From contig JAPETS010000005.1 of assembly GCA_026023565.1 (NCBI GenBank), positions 930,001 through 987,993 of the forward strand: a DNA stretch of 57,993 nucleotides, given 5' to 3'. The notes under the pieces were generated by a model that saw only the letters and a list, made by a program, of their open reading frames with translations, made no database searches and was not told the origin of the DNA. Position numbers and translations under genes: made by a program. Origin of the DNA: Cirrosporium novae-zelandiae (Eukaryota). Below, in pieces: positions 14,795 to 27,069 of this stretch (its first letter is position 1; each line of letters opens with the position of its first letter).

Positions 14795-15620
14795 TCAGGG
14801 CTCCAGAATGCTTGGAAATTTGCTTGTCCCTCATAATGGCCTCTCATATTAATTCCTTAATTGAGCTTGTCTTCTCGGACCAGATTGCCAAGACGGATGG
14901 TGCAGAGGGAGGAGAGTCGTCCGTCGTGGTCCGGGGTGGGTTTGACAAGTTCTAGCGGATCCCAATTGATCAAGTCGAAACCACCAAAAATCTCTTAGCT
15001 GTCTTAGCTATCCCCGCTATTGTCAAAATGAAACATCTGATTATTGTTTTTCGTTTTTTCCCTCTCAGTCATTCCGGAATCTCGGATACCCAGACCAATC
15101 CCTTGATGAACTGATGTTTCTTCGTGTTTCCTTTTCCAGCGGCAATTGTCTGCAATAAACTACAATAAACTACTAAAGTATCAGCCCTCTCAGTCTTCCA
15201 GTAATTCCTAGATAATCATTCAAGTAAAACACCCATCTGTTTCTACCTTACCCAGCCGACCCAGCCGACTCAGCCGCTTCTTCCATTTCCCTAAACCTTC
15301 TATTACATATTAACAACGACGGTGAACTCATTATCCATGTCTTCCTACGTAGTCTGAATATAATAATATTCTTCCTATATATATGTCGCATGATTATGCA
15401 TCACCGCCTAGCCGGGCTAGGAAGCACAAGAAGAAAACCCCGTCGTTTTCCCTTGGACTAAAACGGCAATTGGAACGTTGAATGAGTGCTGTCCCCAATT
15501 AACAACACTCTCTAGAGTTCATACATCACACATTACTTTTGTCCTCCAACTCCAACTCCAATGTTTACTCCATCGGGAGAAAGCAAAGACAACCATCAAC
15601 AACGCCCTGGTTCTGGATAA

Positions 15621-17539
15621 TCAATCTGGACTGTCTTCATTCTTGTTCCCTGCCATCTTTCCTCCCTTCTCCATCCACTCCCCAAGTTCATCTAGTAATC
15701 CTACTGTTTCCTCTGGGTTTGCCACCCATGCTGTCGTGCAAGCAAGTCGAGCCTTGAAGTCATTTGCTCCAGCACTTAGGAACTGATCACCAATGTGAAG
15801 GGTGTGAGACTTTGGAATTGGCTCGGCCTGTGCATCAATCACATTCGAATCATGAGAACCTCGACGGCGAGGAAGACCAAAGTAGGATTGACAAGCCAAG
15901 ACTCCCCATGCTTTGTCTCCAATGTCGGCCCAGCAGTCGGAACCGCCGTTGAAGGCGCAGAATGGAATCCTCTTTGCTACGTCCGACACGTCTACGAGCT
16001 GCTGCGTCACCAACACCGTCTCCTCTAATTGCTCTCTGGTAAACCGATGGCCCTGCTTTGGTACGATGCCTACAGCTCTCTCCTTGCGAATCACTTCCGC
16101 GGGCAACTGCATATTGAACACGCACTCCCTAAGTGCTTTCTCGGATACGCTAAGCAGCTCCTGTATGTCTTTCTCGTTCCAGCTCTGCATTTCGGGAAGA
16201 ATCCATTCAGGACGTCGCACATATCGCAGCAGTGATTTGACATTTGGGTCAAATTGAAAGAGAAAATTGCTTTCACCGCCCATGATGATGATATTTTCTT
16301 TCTGGGCAAGAGTTAATTCCTCCGATTTGGCAATGGCATCCAATAGACCATAGAGCCTGGTGTAGTATTTGGATGCATCGGTGTAACCTGCAGCAGTGAC
16401 TATGCCAATCTTGATATCTGCACGGAGCAGGCCAAGGAGTCTAGATATAACAGGGGTGTTTTCAGTTAGCGATCCTCCATCAGGGTAAAGCGTCACATCT
16501 CCATCGAAAGTTACAAGCTTTACTCCTCCAGATCGAACCAACCCAAGCAGTTGAGCAGTATTGAGCACCAGGCGAATATCGTTGAATGATGGTGCTACGA
16601 AACGACGTGAGCTGATTCGACGATGATTATCTTGATAATTAAAAGCATCCTCGAGAGGAAGGGTGGTAAAAAATCTACCCACAGAGGGGACTAGAAACTT
16701 CAATTTCGAATGGCCAGCAGTTCCCTCCTGCTGTTGATTTACTGTGAGTGCTCGTCAGCGACAGTCAGGCATAAAGTAACCAAAGGGATGTCAAGTAATT
16801 TTCTACAATATCACCAACTCCTGGGAAGTAGTCTTGGTAATTATGGTCGGTCTCTAAAGGATCGGTACATGGTAAGTTTCACTTACTATGATCATTAATT
16901 AATTTTTCAACATCCCGCATGATTTCTGCATAGCGTCGATGTGCGATTTGGGCCATCTCGCCAAGAGTTCCCTTGCGGTCATAAACAGCCGTCGGTTGGG
17001 AATGAAGGACAAATGGAACGGCAAGAAGGCCCTGTGGTCAGATGGTTAGGATATATACGTAGAATATGTAGATAAGTGCTTTAAGCATAGAGAGCTCTTA
17101 GGTATTGCTACTAGATCCCATAATAATCAAGAATATAGATCCAAAGGTATACATCAAAACTGTTCATGATAAACATGACGGTTGAGTGATTTAACATTCT
17201 ATGGTCTATGATAGATTCCCCGTTTATCCTCAATAGGGCGAAGAGTGTAAATGTAGATACGAAGCTCAAACGACTTCCATGTTACGTACCTTGATCCATT
17301 CGATCTAAAAGATGTTAGTGCTTGGATATCTATAACCGGCTTTACTTTGAGGCAGCAACATACCAATTGGTCCCTTCGATGGGTCTACGTAAGAGCGATT
17401 AGACAATTGGTTAGAAACCTGGAAATTCCAGAGACAACGACGTGTACGTACTTTGAGGGCATCTATCTTTTAGTTAGCATTGTCAATAGTTAGTGGTAGC
17501 AAGGTTATCTTCACACTCGACCCGATAGCGAGTTGTCAT
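15621..17539 (-). CDS. ISN1: IMP-specific 5'-nucleotidase, ~445 aa; exons 17539-17515, 17462-17452, 17384-17364, 17304-17290, 17031-16887, 16741-15621
   Basis: Spliced N-terminus MTTRYRVEYALKTHRRDQLIEWIKGLLAVPFVL. HAD motif TFDGDVTLY, IGIVTAAGY, FNGGSD, HIGDQFLSAGANDFKAR. Confidence 0.96.
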
Positions 17540-17860
17540 GTTGACGCCCTTGGGGTGTGTAGTAAATGCTACGCTGACTGGACACGGGATTGGAGCCTTG
17601 TAAAAGTGAAGGATGAACGCGTAACATGGATTTAGAAGAGTTTAGATGGATTTCTAAACATGTTTGGGAGGACTCGGTGTAGACGGTGGATGGGTTTAAT
17701 TGTGATGCCTGAGGTAGCCACGTAGGACTGGCTGTTGGCTTTTTGGCCTTTTGGCTTTTTGGGGAATTATGACGGCATCAAATATCATATTCCACCAGTC
17801 AGAGATGGAGAAATCATTGCTTTTCCTCCATCGGGTAATTTGCTTGTCGGTGCCCAATAA

Positions 17861-17874
17861 GCTTATCGATAAGC
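17861..17874. promoter_or_regulatory. Perfect 14-bp palindrome GCTTATCGATAAGC (double GATA-like) in a divergent intergenic region
   Basis: Seen directly between the ISN1 start (17539, -) and ORF 18641 (+). A regulatory role is inferred. Confidence 0.5.
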
Positions 17875-18640
17875 AACGTTTTCGGGGTTGAGGTCCTCAG
17901 GCATGAATTGTTACATGTGACTTTTCAGCTCACTGTCAACCTCTAATTACATAAGGATTCATACCTAGGTAGCTTCTTATCTGATGACTCCTTACTCTCT
18001 GTGACTCGTTCATCATTTACAGTCACTATGCCTGATAATTTCCCAAACCCATCCATTCATACAATTGACCTTTTTCCATAAAATCAACTTCATTGAGAAG
18101 TGACTCCTCCAATTGAACAAATAGATATCTCAACGCCCTTTTGTGTAATAGGTGAGTCACTCACAGCGGAGTTCAGGTGTAGGCTATCGGAGATAACCTT
18201 AGGCAACCACCAAGCATCTCCCTTCTGTCGTAATACAAGCAACCACCAGCAATTGTCAGCAATCACAATCATAATATCACCAAGTCACAATGTTCAATTT
18301 TAATCTAATCCTTCGTATGGTCCGTAATGTTTCTGCAACGTTGTTCGGGTTAACGCAATTCTGCATACGGACATCCCACCCTAATTGTTCTCCGAAAATT
18401 TAGGAGGATATCCGCACCAAACTGAGTATTGCGTTCCAAGTTCAAAAATGTATATAAATTTGAGTTGACTTCCTTTCTGCCTAATCCATCATGAGACTCA
18501 ATATCTTCAGCAATTTCAAATTAAACAACAAATTTGAACCAATTTTATTGTGATTTCAGCTACTCGTTCCACATCTTCTTTCTGGTGCATGAACCACTCT
18601 CACATATTATCATCTTTGACCCCCAATTCCTTATCTTTCA

Positions 18641-19579
18641 ATGGCATCCGAACCAAGCAAATCAAAGGAACCTTCGTCCTTTGATTCTCCAAGAAACCGA
18701 TTTCCCGAAGAATATGAAAGGCAACTTAACCTGGAGCTTCAGAGGGACACCCTACAAGCCTTAGAATCAGATGCACAATCTCCCCCTCCAAGTTATCAAC
18801 CATCGGCATTTCAAGAATGCCCCTCTTCCCCCCTTCAACGGGGTCTCCAAATTCCCACTCGGAGCTCGCACCTCACCTCTGGCTTTCAATACCCGGATCT
18901 CCTCCAAGCATACTCTATAACATCCAAAGATTGGTCTTCCTTCACCTCCGAACTTATCACACTAGCACACCTTTCCTCTCACCAGTGGAGTACGATTGTC
19001 CTTAAAGGGGCCGGTGCAACGGCCGTAGGAAGTCTCCTCGTCGGTGGATTCGGTCTCGTACCTGGCTACATTACAGGCAAGAAATCGCGTCAACATGCCG
19101 AAGAACGTAACATTTTGGCTGCGGAGGAGAGTGGCCAACTACAAGCGACAGTCACCCGATGGAACGAGGAGTTTTTCCGCCCCAGGGGAATACTTGTCCG
19201 AATCGATCTTCCAGGAAGAGGAGAAGACATGGGGGCCATGGATGTTGCATCTACTCGCTCCTATCGAAAGGTTCTCTCATCAGGATCAAGACAAAGTTCC
19301 CCAACTTTCGGCGAACCATCTTCCACTTCAGAAGCATCCTCTACTCGTTCTAACCCATCATCTTCACGAGCCTCCCGCAAGGAATACAAAGAGCGCAGCT
19401 CGGCAGCTCGTCGCGGTCGCATCGTCGTTCTACCACTAGATCAGCAGGGGGAGGGGCAAGATGTAAAGGAGATAGTGACCGTAAGCCCAGCAAACTCGGC
19501 ACAGCCGAATATTGAGAGTTTGATCTATGAACAACGGAGTGGTGTAAAGGACTTTTGGCCTGACGAACCCAAGCCTTGA
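18641..19579 (+). CDS. Fungal hypothetical protein (312 aa)
   Basis: Intact ORF with a structured-looking core (LQIP..GFQYP..L..YSITSKDWSSF, hydrophobic Gly-rich segment, WNEEFFRPRGILVRIDLP, RIVVLPL). TATAAA-like sequence at ~18453. Confidence 0.85.
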   Translation: MASEPSKSKEPSSFDSPRNRFPEEYERQLNLELQRDTLQALESDAQSPPPSYQPSAFQECPSSPLQRGLQIPTRSSHLTSGFQYPDLLQAYSITSKDWSSFTSELITLAHLSSHQWSTIVLKGAGATAVGSLLVGGFGLVPGYITGKKSRQHAEERNILAAEESGQLQATVTRWNEEFFRPRGILVRIDLPGRGEDMGAMDVASTRSYRKVLSSGSRQSSPTFGEPSSTSEASSTRSNPSSSRASRKEYKERSSAARRGRIVVLPLDQQGEGQDVKEIVTVSPANSAQPNIESLIYEQRSGVKDFWPDEPKP

Positions 19580-19797
19580 AATTGCAAATTCTTTAAATTT
19601 AATCGTTAGCCTAATCGCTGATAAGGGGGGATAATTATTCAAGTGATATTGAAAACTAAGCCTCATATTTAAAAGGTTAACTAGAAAATAAGTAAATAAA
19701 GGACCATATAGTCATCTACAAAATAATGGGTTCTACCATTTTCTTCTCTTTTGAATGCTATTTTCGTTTTTGTGAGGCTACCAAATGATATCTATAC

Positions 19798-19890
19798 TAG
19801 GGTTAGGAATAGACTAGACCAAATAGACGGTCTGACGTAGACAGACCAGACGGACCAGACCTTGATTGCCCAAGGTCTATCCGGTCTATA
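19798..19890 (+). mobile_element. Degenerate copy of MITE-like family B
   Basis: AGACCAAATAGACGGTCTGAC is identical to 27088-27108. The left end resembles the family B TIR with CA>TA and TG>TA changes. Confidence 0.65.
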
Positions 19891-20079
19891 TAAATACGAA
19901 TTTGTATAGTGGGGGGGAAATTTGGAGGATTTTGGATCTAACCTAAAGCCAAAAAGGTATAATCTATCCCCCCACACCCCCAATATAGCCTCGAATTCCT
20001 TGTGTATACGATTTTATAGTATAATTAGGAAGAGCTGAAGAATTGAGGACAATAAATAGCAGAATCTCCTAAATTGGCT

Positions 20080-20254
20080 TCTAATGTTACACGCTTGCAG
20101 GGGGGGTCAAACTGGGGGGGTCAATTGATCCAATGATAAGATCTTGAGGTTTAATGTTATTTATTAAAGGATTTGATAGCTGACTCTGCCTGAAAATGGT
20201 TATCTGACCTATTATAATCCTTACATAACACCCCTACAAGCGTGCGACATTAGA
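20080..20254 (+). mobile_element. MITE-like family A, ~175 bp with ~24-bp imperfect TIRs
   Basis: TCTAATGTTACACGCTTGCAGGGG ... CCCCTACAAGCGTGCGACATTAGA. The internal CTGACTCTGCCTGAAA.TGGTTATCTGACCTATTATAAT recurs at 26.5 kb (reverse) and 26.8 kb (forward). Confidence 0.8.
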
Positions 20255-20914
20255 GGAGATACTGTTTGGTGGGGTAAAAGAAGGGTGAAAGTCAACACCA
20301 AAACTTGCCATCACCTTAATTTATATATCATATAATTATCAACTGACCAATCAAATCCCTGTTACACCAGGTGACTAGACGATCTACAGATAGAGTAGAC
20401 CAAGCCTCTCATTTCTATTCCTAACTCTGATCCTTACTGCCAGCCTAACAAAATAGCTTAGCTGTTGGCGAAGCGAAAGCCAGGCAAGGATGTCAAGATA
20501 TCCCAAGTACATCACTACTTAGTACCAGCACCTTACTTCATCCATTCAACTACCTTGACTAAATTTCAATAAATTCCAATAGACTGGTTTGTTCGTCTAT
20601 GGTGGTTTTGCCGGGAACTCGCATGCTGGCTACCTAGGTAATACACATGTCTCCTTGAGTACTGTCCTCTGGTCCCAAACTCCTCGCTGTCGGCTCAGAC
20701 TCAGCTTGTGATACTTGCTATGCACCCAAGCCGCCATTTATGCAGTAGAATGTGGCTCTTGAATCCCACCGCCTTACTTTTTTTAAGTTGGATGATTTCC
20801 TTCTATTAGGCGCCTTTTCCTTTCCCCCCCTTTTCTTCTTACCTAGGTATTCACTTATATCAAAGTAAAGAGCTACCACGTGGTATATTCCTTTGACTGC
20901 CTGTAATTCATACA

Positions 20915-23640
20915 ATGGTTTTACCTTTTGGTATATCCATCGGCGACTTCATAGCCGTTGGAAAGCTTGCGCACGATATTGCCGTTACTTTGAGCGACAC
21001 CAGAGCCGCCGTCGCAGAGTATGCGTCGCTAATTGAGCTACTGAGATCCCTAGCGACATCCATACAGATCATTACCAACTTCATTTCCAACTCGGCAATC
21101 TATGCAACCCTCAGAGTGGACCAGGCTTTCATGAACGGAATTCGATTTCATGTGACTCGCTGTCAACAGCTGATGGAGCAATTTCTTGTGCGTGAAAATT
21201 GTTCCTGGCTTGAAAACTTCTCTAGGATATTTATTCTGACAAGATGGTTTCGAATTTGGTGCAATATAGGTCGACTCGCGAAAATATATAGAGAGTATAA
21301 CGAACGGGAGAGGAGGAAAAGTTAAGATTACGCTGAGGATAGTGACATGGAGTCTTTATAAGGCTGAAGATGTCCAAAAGTTGGAGCAACGCCTCGGTTC
21401 ACATCTTGATGCTTTCCAGAGATACCTCATTGCTATAAGCATGTTAGTTATGAAGTTTTGATTGATACTTGAAGGGATTTTGCTAACACTGAATGCACGC
21501 AAAGCCAAATCCAGGTCCACACTACGAGCCGAGTCGAAGCAAGCCTCCAAGGGTTGATTCGAACAGTCGGAGAAATTCACACCTACGTACAAGTACAACA
21601 GAATCGACCAAAAGTTCTGGGTTATCATTGGGAAGGGGATGATATATCTTCGCATATTACCCTTAATGATGCCTTGGGGCGAAAGCTAACATTGCCTACT
21701 GCTTTATGTCGAAATCTTCAAACGTTTCAGGATACACTGGAGATCATATTTCGCGACCACCCGGGGTTTTGCAAAGTGGTCAAGCAAGAGTACGAGATTG
21801 TGGACGAAATAGAAAATATTACACTATTTCGTGGAAATGTATTCAGACCGAATCCATTCATTCAAAACTTGGTTCTTGGAGACATCAAACAATTCAAACC
21901 AGGTGCAAAATTAGGAATGAACGTCTTGAGGGTAACGACCCAAGAAACACGATGGGAGCAACTAATACTACCCCCAGAAAAGCGACAGCTGTGCCCAAAT
22001 TGTGGCACCAAGACTTACGGTCGAGGATTAAGAAGATGGTAAATGTCTTTCCCTCATAAGCTTCTTCGCAAAACACATTTCTTTAAATTAAAACACCGTG
22101 TTGTTTTCCAGTGTTGAGGTACCGCCGAGGGCCCTTAGATTAATAACTTCGGTTTGCTGACTTAGTTTTCAATAGCCCGACCTGCAACACTCAATTTCAG
22201 CATAGTATCAAGGAGAATTATACAGGAAAAAAAATAGACTCTTCCAACAAAGCCCGGCTAAGAGGATGTTTGTTTCAACAGCCATCGCCACTGAAACCTG
22301 AATTGCCAGAATCGGTCCGTCAACCAGAAATAGAGGCAGACTATCCACATGTGGCTACATTGAACGGAAATGTAGAAGATAGATACTTCCGACGAATTCA
22401 CGATATTGCCGAGCACCTTACTTTAGGCGCCAATTTTACTGATAGGCTCTACATTTCAAGAGTCCCTTTAATTTATGCTGCAGAGCAGGGGAACGCTCGG
22501 CGGGTCCAAGATTTACTGCTGAATTCCGACGACGATCCAAATAGTCGAGATTTCCAAGGCTGGACCGCCCTGCAGAAAGCTTGCTTAGCAGACGAAGGGA
22601 GGCCTAAAGCTGTTGCCGAGCTATTGATAAAACATGGAGCCGATGTAAATGCTTCCGCTACTTATTATTGTGGCATGACTGCATTACAAGCAGCATGTAG
22701 CGCTGGCAACAAACCTCTTGTTGATTCCCTGCTGGTATGTGGCGCTGATATCCACGCGCTTCCAGCACCATGGGCAGGTCGAACTGCACTTCAGGCTGCA
22801 TGCGAGAAAGGTGCTATAGACATAGTTTTAGCATTACTTGAGCATGGTGCTAATGTCAATGAACCTCTACCCGATTTTACTGGTCTGGTGATATTTGAAA
22901 AAGGTGTTCAGAGACTCCTCATACCAAATATTGAATCACTTGGTCAAATGGTCCGTGCGGAAAGGATAAGGCCTAATATACTCGATCCTTCTAGTGTCAA
23001 GGACTTAATGACGGTGACAGGGGGAAAAACTGCATTGCAGCACGCAGTAGCTCAGAATAGCATGGTGCTTGTAGAAGTACTGATTCGTCATGGAGCCGAC
23101 GTCCACGTTCCTGCATTAATGCCTCATAGCCGCACAGCACTTCAGGAGGCAGCATATAGGATTTTTGATCATATGCCATTGATTAAACTTCTGGTCGATA
23201 AGTATGGTGTAGATGTGAATGAGCCAAAGGCCAGAGAATGGGGTTATACCGCTCTCGAAGCCGCAGTATGCTCGACAGGGACAATATACAGAAACCAAAA
23301 AAGTTTTTTCCACGAGGGACCACGCCGACTCACCTTAGAAACGGTACAGTTTCTCCTTGCTCAAAAAGCAAAAGTCACATCATACAGTCTACAGCTCGCC
23401 TGTGCATTTGGATACAAAGAGATGGTAGAGTTATTGTTACACAGAGGGGTTAAATCAGACGGACCTCAGGGTATGAGCAAGTCTTTTGTGGACTCAACGG
23501 GCTTTTATCATCAAATAGGCAAAACTGCCATTGAGACTGCGGAGAAGAACAACCAGCATCATATTGTACGCTTGCTGGAGCAACACCAGGCGCTCAATAC
23601 TCCCATGCCTATCCAGAAATTAGTTGAGCCGTCATTATAG
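20915..23640 (+). CDS. Multidomain protein, ~814 aa: HeLo/SesA-like N-terminal helical domain + ubiquitin-like domain + CxxC..CxxC Zn ribbon + ankyrin repeats; exons 20915-21187, 21270-21442, 21505-22038, 22176-23640
   Basis: PFGISIGDFIAVGKLA N-terminus typical of fungal STAND-associated N-terminal domains. LNDALGRKLTLP..F..L..IF...PG..KV...EY resembles the fungal ubiquitin-like domain. CPNC...RRCPTC is joined across intron 3. Several TALQxA..GADVN ankyrin repeats follow. Three GT-AG introns join three ORFs in frame. Confidence 0.85.
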
Positions 23641-24490
23641 TAAGCCAGTTAAAATCCACAACCATGATTATTTCAACATTCCTAACAATATCATAAAGGT
23701 GAACTTCCCCTTTTACTGGTCGGAATTATTCATAACTCGTCAAGATTTATAGGGGGCTGCGGAGTTGTTCTAACGGCGAGAGGGGCACTTGACGGATCAG
23801 AGGATACTATAGTATCCATGTTCACTTATAGAGAGAGAGTCAGAGGCAAGAGCACCTAATCAGAAGGAAGAACAAGGACCTCCGGATAGGGAAGATGGGA
23901 GTTTTATTCTTCATAGTGTGAAAGAGTAGGGGGTTTGAACGTTTATACAGGCAGTTAGGGATAGAAACTAGGGCTGAACAGCTGCTCGAGGGGAATTATG
24001 AATTATACTGAATGCCTTATTGCTTTTTCCTAGATGCCTTGTCTATCTTAGGTTCTAAAATTCTCTAGGAAAACTTCTATAGTCTATATACAACTTTAAT
24101 AATAAGGCTGCAAGGCTCAGACTAGCCCGAAAAGGATTAGGGCTGAGCCTTGGGCAGCGAAAAATTGACAACTTAATTTGCAACTTTTAGTCTAGGGGGG
24201 GGGACTAACAAATCAATATCGAGCCCCTTTTATTTTCTTTCCGTCTCAAAAAAACCTAATAACAATAGCAACAATATCCATCATCATCATCATAGCAAAA
24301 CATCTACCAACTACCAACTACCAACTACTAACTACTAACTACCTGTTAGGGCTATAAATCGGTCACGTAGCACCCACTATTTACCTAAGTGATTCCCAAC
24401 ACATAGAAATCCACAAGTTTGTCGCATCTATCTGCTCCAATACTACCAACTACCAACACCCTAACTAACTAACCAACACCAAATACCAAA

Positions 24491-24572
24491 CCCCCCCCCC
24501 CAAAAAAAAAGTAAAAACTCCATTTTAAAAGCCCCCCCCCCCAAAAAAAAAGTAAAAACTCCATTTTAAAAG
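24491..24572. repeat. Perfect 41-bp tandem duplication
   Basis: (C11 A9 GTAAAAACTCCATTTTAAAAG) x2. Confidence 0.8.
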
Positions 24573-26118
24573 CCCCCCCTTCAATCCCGAAAATGTAAAG
24601 AAGCCCTGTTACGGTTTCCCTATTAATTAGGTTAGACTGCTAGGGTATAATTATATCCTAAGGCTCACCTTGGACTTTAGATCAACAAACCAATACAACT
24701 CACACACCAAGTTACATCTAGAATAAGTACGACCATTATTATCCTAGGCGACGTAAACAATGTAAAAAAGCCCAACAAACCCCCCCCCCCTCATATTATA
24801 GTAGAGCTAATTCGTATACTTTAGCTGAATAAAGTGATGAAAGAATACTGGGAGTGGAAGAAAAACGAACAAACAAACAGGCCCTAAATAAAATAAATCT
24901 AAACATGGGGTATTTCAGAATATTGGGGGGGCAGCGAGCGAGCGAGCGAGCGAGGTCTATTGTTACAATGAAACTACTTCATGGTTGTTCGAAAAAATCC
25001 TGACTTTCCTATAGATAGGCCTTCCTGAAAAAGTAAGTTCCTCGGTGGATGGATGCCTTATAGTGGTGTAGGGGGGCTTACAGTTACAGTTACAGCGCCT
25101 TATTTCTACGACAATATATCTTTGAATCAATCGAAAATCTGGGTTTTTTGATATCAAGCAAGGGTTTTGGATTTGTAATTGTGAGTTGTGGGGCCGAGAT
25201 TGAGATCGAGATTATCGTATGGTATTAATGGCAGTAGAATGGAATGGAATAGATAGATATGAAAGGAAGTTAGTAAGTGGCGAAATCAAAAGGGACTTTA
25301 ATTGTAAGACTGTAGATTGTGAGACTATGAGATAACCGACATGCGACACAACCACCTAGGGCCCTAGGGTGGGCAAATAGAATAGATACATACATACATA
25401 CATACATACACACGAATGAAACAGCTCAATAAAAACAAAAGCATTCTCTCGATTCCATTCGATCCCATCTAAGCCTCAAAGGTGTTTGTTTATTTATTTG
25501 TTTGATTTTTTTTAAGGTTTATATCCGAAAACAAAAAAAAAAAAAAAAGTGATCGGGGTTGATTGGGGGGTTGAAGTAAATCTAATCTAGGATTTTTCTG
25601 TGAGATGAGACAATGAATATGGAGGGTATGGTAGGTATAAGTAACTTTTGAAAAACAAAAAACAAAAAAACGAAAGGGTGGGGTAAGGTTTTCTTTCTGG
25701 AAATTTTAATGGGTTTTGGAGTGATTTGGGGTTCTTGGGGTAATGGGGTAGGTACTTTAGTAAATAGTGAAGGGAAAGGGGAAGAAGAAGGAAAGGGGAA
25801 GAAGAAGGAAAGGGAAAGATATAGATACAGACCGACTAGACCCCCCCATCTCCTCCCATCGGTTTTGGTCTTGATTTTGGTCTGGTCCAATGTGTTCTAT
25901 CTAATTCCCTTCCCCCTCCCTTTATTTCCCATCTCTAGTAATACAATACAAAACACACACCTCAACACTTTAATTTTTTTTCATTCTTTGCTACTGTGGT
26001 AAAACGAATAACTACTGTAAGTATGTCATTATATGTACATCTATAAATGTGGGGAAATGTTTCCGTGGGGTTTTGGGGTGGTGGCGATTGGGTATGGGGA
26101 GAGTCGGGAGGGGGGGAG

Positions 26119-26460
26119 ATAGGACTATTGTTGATTTGATTTGATTTGATTTGATACGGGGGGGGGTTTGTTTGGTTGGCTTGTTGATAGTAATAGCGAT
26201 AGTGATGGAATGGTGGTAGAATGATTAGACTAGAACCAAACCCGAGCTTTTGATTATCTAGGATCTCCATAGGGGGTCTCAGACAAAATACCCCAAATAG
26301 CTTACGCTTGCAGGGTGTCATGTAAGGGATTATAATAGGACTATTGTTGATCTGATTTAATTTGATATGGTGTTTTTGGTTGGCATGGTAATAGTAATGC
26401 TCCAGTAGAATGATTAGGCCAAATAGATTAGAACCAAGCTTTTGATTATCCAAGATCCTA
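26119..26460 (+). repeat. Diverged direct duplication (~26119-26268 vs ~26334-26460)
   Basis: Both copies share ATAGGACTATTGTTGAT, TTTGGTTGGC, TAGTAAT, GTAGAATGATTAG and AGCTTTTGATTATC. Confidence 0.75.
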
Positions 26461-26474
26461 TCTTCTAAACTAGC

Positions 26475-26660
26475 TTCCAATATCACACGCTTGTAGGGGT
26501 GCCTATCATGTAAAAGATTATAATAGGTCAGATAACCATTTTCAGGCAGAGTCAGGTATCAAATTCTTTGATGAATAATATTGAACTTCAAGATCTTATC
26601 ATTGGACTAATAAATCTTTCAATATTATCCCCCCCCCCCCCCTACTGGCGTGTTGAGATT
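26475..26660 (-). mobile_element. MITE-like family A copy (reverse)
   Basis: CACGCTTGTAGGGG...ATTATAATAGGTCAGATAACCATTTTCAGGCAGAGTCAG...TCAAGATCTTATCATTGGA is the reverse complement of 20080-20254. Confidence 0.8.
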
Positions 26661-26716
26661 TGTGGACGGGTTAGGAGATGCGAGTCTCAGACAAAATACC
26701 CTATCCTCTAGAACGT

Positions 26717-27000
26717 TTTCCAATGGCTCACGTTAGTAAGGGGGTAATGCTGACAGGCTTATTGGTCCAATGATAAGACCTTGAAGCTCAGTATAATTCA
26801 GCAAGAAACTTCATACCTGACTCTGCCTGAAATTGGTTATCTGACCTATTATAATACTTGCATGACATCCCTGCTAGCGATAACCATTGGAAGGCGCTCC
26901 AGGGGATAACATACATTGAGCCCTCAAGATCTTTATCATTGGAACCAATAAACCTTTCAGTATTACTGCCCCCTTCTGCTAGCGTGTTGACATTGGAAGT
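26717..27000. mobile_element. MITE-like family A: forward copy (~26717-26893) plus adjacent partial reverse copy (~26915-27000)
   Basis: TCCAATGATAAGACCTTGA..CTGACTCTGCCTGAAATTGGTTATCTGACCTATTATAAT, followed by CCTCAAGATCTTTATCATTGGA..CTGCTAGCGTGTTGACATTGGAAG. Confidence 0.75.
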
Positions 27001-27069
27001 TGGAAGACGCTTTAGAGGATACCCACGAAAACCAAATCCCCACAAAAAAAAACCAACCCCATGCAAGAT

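Noticed and set aside
20915..23640. Amyloid signalling motif (HET-s/PP/sigma type) associated with the HeLo-like gene
   Set aside because: No N/Q/G-rich pseudo-repeat seen at either terminus or in neighbouring ORFs.
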